Positions 58,420 to 64,000 of a stretch of 64,000 nt of DNA are shown in pieces. The DNA is from the human T2T-CHM13v2.0 reference genome, Homo sapiens. Numbering within the stretch: position 1 is the first letter of the stretch; each line of letters begins with the position of its first letter. The notes beneath the pieces were generated by a model. It had not been told where the DNA came from and made no database searches. It worked only from the letters and a program-made list of their open reading frames with translations. Location: the NCBI RefSeq assembly GCF_009914755.1, contig NC_060927.1; one strand, 5' to 3'. A program made the position numbers and the translations under genes.

Positions 58420-58735
58420 CCAGCTCTGCTTGCCCTGATAGAGAGTCGTGGGACGGAATTTGACCAATGAAATGTAGGTGAAGGCCACGGGTCACGTTAG
58501 GCTGGGCTCTTTAGAGTCTGTGATTCTTCTCCATTATTCTCTTCTCCTCCCAGGGTGAACTTAGAAGCCTTTTATTGCAGTGGAGTGTCACAAGAAAACC
58601 TGGGTCCTCAAACTCATTTCTGGAGAAAGCCCCCCACCACCTAGCATTAGACATCGATTAAGACATAAACTATTGTGTGAAGCCATGAGATTTATCTGTT
58701 GAGGCAGCTAGCATTAATTACTGTGATTAATACAA
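58420..58735 (+). mobile_element. Old MLT1-type LTR remnant
   Basis: tttgaccaatgaaatgtag...gaagccatgagattt...gattaataca. Confidence 0.6.
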
Positions 58736-58964
58736 TGACAGGAAAAAATGAATTTATTTTGTTTTGCCACAGAGGCACATCTTTTATACAGGAGGCAAGG
58801 AGTTACATTAAAGATGCCCCAGGCTGCTTGCTACCCCTGCAAGGGCTGGGGATGGAACTGAGAAACAATCACTACTTCAGCTCAGCTGCCTCTTTCCCTA
58901 ACACTTACTCATGTCTTTTCTTTGATCCAAAACAAGAAAACCCATTAATTACCTTAAACAATGA

Positions 58965-59343
<379 letters not shown>

Positions 59344-59436
59344 AAGATGAAAGATATTTAAGTCCTGCCACCGAATATTGACAGAACAGGAACTCCTAGG
59401 TGTGACTCTCTCTTTTGATCATACGCAGAGCACTTG

Positions 59437-59462
59437 CACACACACACACACACACACACACA
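59437..59462. repeat. (CA)n microsatellite
   Basis: Direct reading. Confidence 0.95.
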
Positions 59463-62400
59463 GAGTTCATTTTTAAACATTATTTTACTTATGAATAGGA
59501 TGGTTGAATGAAATAGGAAATGGTAATTCTAGGCCTCAATTAATTTCATTAGTGAATACTGAATAAAATTTTGAGTTCATTGTCTTAAAGTAAATAGGAA
59601 TTAGACTATCAGAGGTTAATAAAGATTGGTTATAATAGCTAAAAAGGGCCTGTTTGCTTACATAGTAATGTCTTTCTTTTTGTTTTAGCATGAAGGAACT
59701 GGGGATGTAGGGAAAATATGAGCACAAATCCTAAACTGTCAATGAAATATTTATTAAATAAAATTACTTCTGGTTTATTTTAATATTTCAAATTATATAG
59801 TATGTTGGTAGAAAGATAACAAATGAAAATTATTTTTGTATTCCACAAGGAAAAAAAAAACCCACTATGGCCCAGAGCAGTAGTGAAAGTAAATGTAGAA
59901 ATAAGAAAAACAATGATGCTAATTAGTAGATAGAATAGGAATATGATCACTTCCATACAGAGTAGATTCAGATGACAGGTATTCTAGGTTCAGGATGTAT
60001 GTCCTTAGAATCAAAACCTGAAATCTAAGTGGACTCTGCCAAATGTTATGACATACTACTTAACTTCCAAATTCCTGGGGGAAAATTGAACCTAACAACC
60101 AAAATGGGAAAATAAACACTGCTGCTACTTTCTTTTCCATAAATTGGTGGTGGTGGTTTATTGTTGATGTTGTTGTTGATCTTTGTTTTTGCCTTGGCTG
60201 ATGGGAGGCTGAGAGACAGATTCTATACTTTCTTCTAGCTTTCATCAAAATTGATTGAATATACTGTTTTCTCCCTTCTTTTACTTCTCAGTATTTATCT
60301 TATTGTACATGTCTTTGTTTTTATTGTATCGGTATTTTAGTTGCAAGATGCCTCAAGTGCTTTGTGGAAGTAGCAGTGTTATAAATCAATTAAAAAAAAG
60401 CGAAGTATCAAGTGCAGATATTGCATTTCTGAGACTATCTAGTCCATATGGAGCCACAGAATGCTAGAAGGAAGGGAGCCTTAGAATTCTTCTAATCCAA
60501 CACCCTTGTTAATCAGGTAAGAAAGCAGATACAGAGAAGTTGACATACCTAGGAAATAAATAATCAGGGGCCATTTCTCTTGTACCCTCTCATCCTTCCA
60601 ACTATGAGACATATCTCCGCTTCAAATACACTGTCCAAATTACCACATACTATACTGTCTTAATTTATTTATTTTATACAAGTTTCTGAAGCTTTCTACC
60701 TAAAGAGTAAGCATTAATTAATGTGCTGTAGAGACCCACCCTCATCCTGCCAACTGACAGCAGTCCTTTCCACAAACTGCTGTTCAGGCAGCTGCCAAGA
60801 GAAAGAGATTATTCCCATGGACTCTTGCCAAGATCCTGGCTGGGGACTGTGCTCAGGGCTAACTGTTGCTTCGAGTAGTTACATTAGTCAGGAACTGGAA
60901 CTGTCAGGATCTCTACCAACTAAGATCTTCTTAAGCAGCAGCAAAACAGAAAAAAAAAAAAAGTTAGATAAAGCTCAGTTGCCAATATTCTTGATATATA
61001 AATCAACCCGAATTTGAAGGAAGATTTTTTTTAACCTTATCCATGGCTATGATATATGGTAAATAATGGCATTGTTGAGTTATTCATTCTAAATCACTTC
61101 TCCACCAGTGAGTAATTACTAAGGATGATCTTGTCCACATAGGTCATGTTGTGGCTAATATATAGAACCTTCTTCATAGGGCTCTGCACTGATAAGATGT
61201 GGCAGGCAGGCATGATGGAATGCAGACAGAGGACCGACCTTGCTGTGTGGGCAGACAGAGATGGGCTCCAAAGAAACTCCATTACTTGAAAATCAATATA
61301 TTTGCAATATCCTTCTCTATAGCAAGAAAGTGCAACAATTATTTGCTAAAGTATGTACTGCGATTATTGTCTCTAATTTGTAGTTCTAAATATCCATTTT
61401 TAAAATAGTGAGAGAGTTTAGTATTTGACATAGAAGTCATCATTGGAAGATTGAAGTTGAATAGTGTCATCATAAGGTTCTTTTCAAGCTAGAGATTTGG
61501 AATGAAGGAGTGTGTGACATCAGAGAGCTGGGAACCCATAGGCCACTGGCCAGCCTTGAGCACAATGGAACACTAAAAGCGGGAGAATAAAACAATAAGT
61601 TAATAACGCATACTAAGTCACATGCTTTAGGAGAAATCTAATGCAAGAGGATGTGTTCTACCCCCAGTACTTCCTATGTTTTCTCATGCAGGTGGCATAT
61701 CAGATTCTAATTCTCTATAATCCTTTCCCTTCGCTAGGACCTCTGTCCCTTCTGCAGTACTAGTGTGGTAGTCAGTGGACAAGGAGGTACGAGGCAGCAG
61801 TACTGTGCTATTAAGCCATTCTTTACTCAGGGGACAGAGTAACATTAATGGATTTCCAGATGTGGGAGGCTTCTAGCATTATTGCTTCTTGAAATCTCTT
61901 TGATGTCTTCAGAGTTCTCTACTCTGAATCCTGTCAAGAACAAAATCTATACACACAGGGTGTTATTTATGAGGCAACATGGCTGCCAGTCAGACATCAA
62001 GGAGGATTTTTACTTTGATAATTTCCTACTCTAAATAATTATTTTACATTTAGATCACCATAAATAAATGGAATTAACTCAAAAAAGGAAACTAACCTTA
62101 GTAAAAGACAAATTGACAGCCAGGCAGCATCATAAATCTCATGACCAATGAGATATTTGCAAGTAACTTCTCCTTGGTGTTGCCCATAAACACATCTGTT
62201 AGTAAAGTTGTGTATGAGTACAGTTACTTCCCCACATTAAGACCTGGGTAATTATGCTATTGTTAGTCAAAGTTCTAAGTTACTTAACATGGGTTGCAAT
62301 TTCAAGTGTTTGAAAATGGTATAACCATTAAACGTACAGGGCAAAATAAGCAAACTATTTACTTCTAAATCGTTAAATGATTTTTGTTGTCATCTATGAA

Positions 62401-62706
62401 GCATACCTAGGTGAAGTCAGCATCAGTATTTGTTTCCAGGCTCACTTCCAAGCCAATGGCAACAATAGAACCAGTGTCTCACTGAACGTGGAGAGCCAAC
62501 ACAGTTCAGAGACAATAGTTTCTTAGCTTTCTCCCATTGTTTCACTCACATAAAGCAATCTGTACTTCTTGTCCCATATTACATTTGGTCTTTAATACTG
62601 GCAATTTGAGGACATACTATTAAAGGAAAAACTTCTGTCAAATATTATTATGCTTCCAAATCCTAAAGTAATTACTTAATATGAAGTATAAGGGCACAGA
62701 GACAAG

Positions 62707-63215
62707 AAGTTGCCTATTCAATATCAATTCCTTTTCTTTTTTTTTAAACCTTACTAATAGATCCAATTTTATTCAGGTCATTATAGGGAAAGAGAGAGAG
62801 AGAAGGAAAAAAGGAAGGAAGGAAAGAAAAAAAGAGGGAAGAGAAAGAAAGAATGGACTACATTTCCCAGATTGCCTTGCAACTAGGTTCAGTTAAGAAT
62901 GAGTAGTTATCATTGGGTGGAGACTTCCAGAAAAGCCCCTCAAAGGGGACTGACTTATGGACATGCACTATTTTCATTGTTCTTTAGCTTTCTCTTGCTT
63001 AGAACATGCACAGCATGGCTGACGATTTGCAACCATGTTGAGAATGTGAGATTGAAGGTCACACCTTACGATACTACAGCAGGAAGTTAGAAGGATCCAG
63101 GGTTCCTGAGAACATCATGGGGCTGCCATACCAGCAGTTGCCTGCCAGTCTTCAGATTTCTTTTAAATTTTAAGCCACTGTTTTTGGGGTCTCTGTTACT
63201 CACACAGACATAATA
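62707..63215 (+). mobile_element. Old MLT1 (I/J-type) LTR with an internal purine-rich expansion
   Basis: gactacatttcccagattgccttgcaactagg; tttaagccactg...gggtctctgttact. Confidence 0.65.
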
Positions 63216-64000
63216 GAGAAGTTGAAAAAGTGTTGATTGAGACCCGGTGTCTAATTTTTGCCTTTCCATAGACCGTATGGCCTTTAAAACCTCTCTTTAC
63301 ATCTCATGGCCTCAGGTCTCTTCTCTATAAAATAAGTGAGTTGGGCTGGATGATCCTAAGGAAACAGGAATGAGACCACGATAGGTAAATGGAGGCAGGA
63401 AAGAGCTGCCCTTACTTGCTTCTAGCTTTATTTAAGAAAGGGACCTGTGGGGCTGAGGGGGTGGGCAGTAGGTAATAAAGTAACCTCACCCCTGGGATGG
63501 AACATTAGCCTATGTTTGACAGCCCTGGGCAAGAGTTGAGCTCAAGGTGATTGAAGTAATGCTACATTTGACTGGAAAAGGGCCTCCCTTCTGTGTTCTC
63601 CATACTCCCTAGTCCTTCCTGAATACTACTGGGATGTGATAGAAAAGACAAAAGGAGAACATATCTTTAGCATAGTCCATTTTTTTTTTCAGAGTCCAAC
63701 AGTTGCTTTCCATTTACCAGGGGTTGGAGGAACTAGAGAAACACGAATAATCACAATCCTCATGATCCAGAGATGCAGGAAAAGGAAGAGAAGACTCCCA
63801 TAATTTTGTCTTACTCACCCACTTAAAGAATTTACATTAAGACATATAAGCCATAAGTCACTTATTTCATTCTGGAAGATGTCCCCTGATGGCCAAGTAT
63901 AGTGCACATTGCAAATAAGCACCACACAACCAATTAGTTATTACGTTATTCACAAGAAGCAAAAAATTGTATCTATGATAAACTCTATACAAATTTTCCA

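Overview
AT-rich primate (human-like) genomic DNA. It carries about 13 Alus, two L1PA 3' ends, older L1M/L2/MIR, MLT1 LTRs and MER DNA transposons. There is no long constitutive coding exon; nearly all ORFs in the track are Alu/L1 or chance ORFs. The repeat-free unique segments contain minus-strand splice signals consistent with the alternatively processed interior or 3' region of a large minus-strand gene that I cannot name. These are candidate alternative (terminal) exons beginning at 46138, 38568 and 12856, a 3-nt 'ATG' microexon with neural-microexon motifs at 23178-23180, and other short cassette candidates. The most striking signal is the CpG-rich exon at 38568: in one phase it ends in TGA-CTAG, the canonical mammalian stop-codon readthrough context, followed by 71 more open codons. 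The window also has several short locally templated duplications, including an interleaved A-B-A'-B' pair of inverted copies that preserves the empty site of an AluY. All exon calls are motif-based inferences. Repeat subfamily names are from recalled consensus features, and boundaries of old repeats are approximate.
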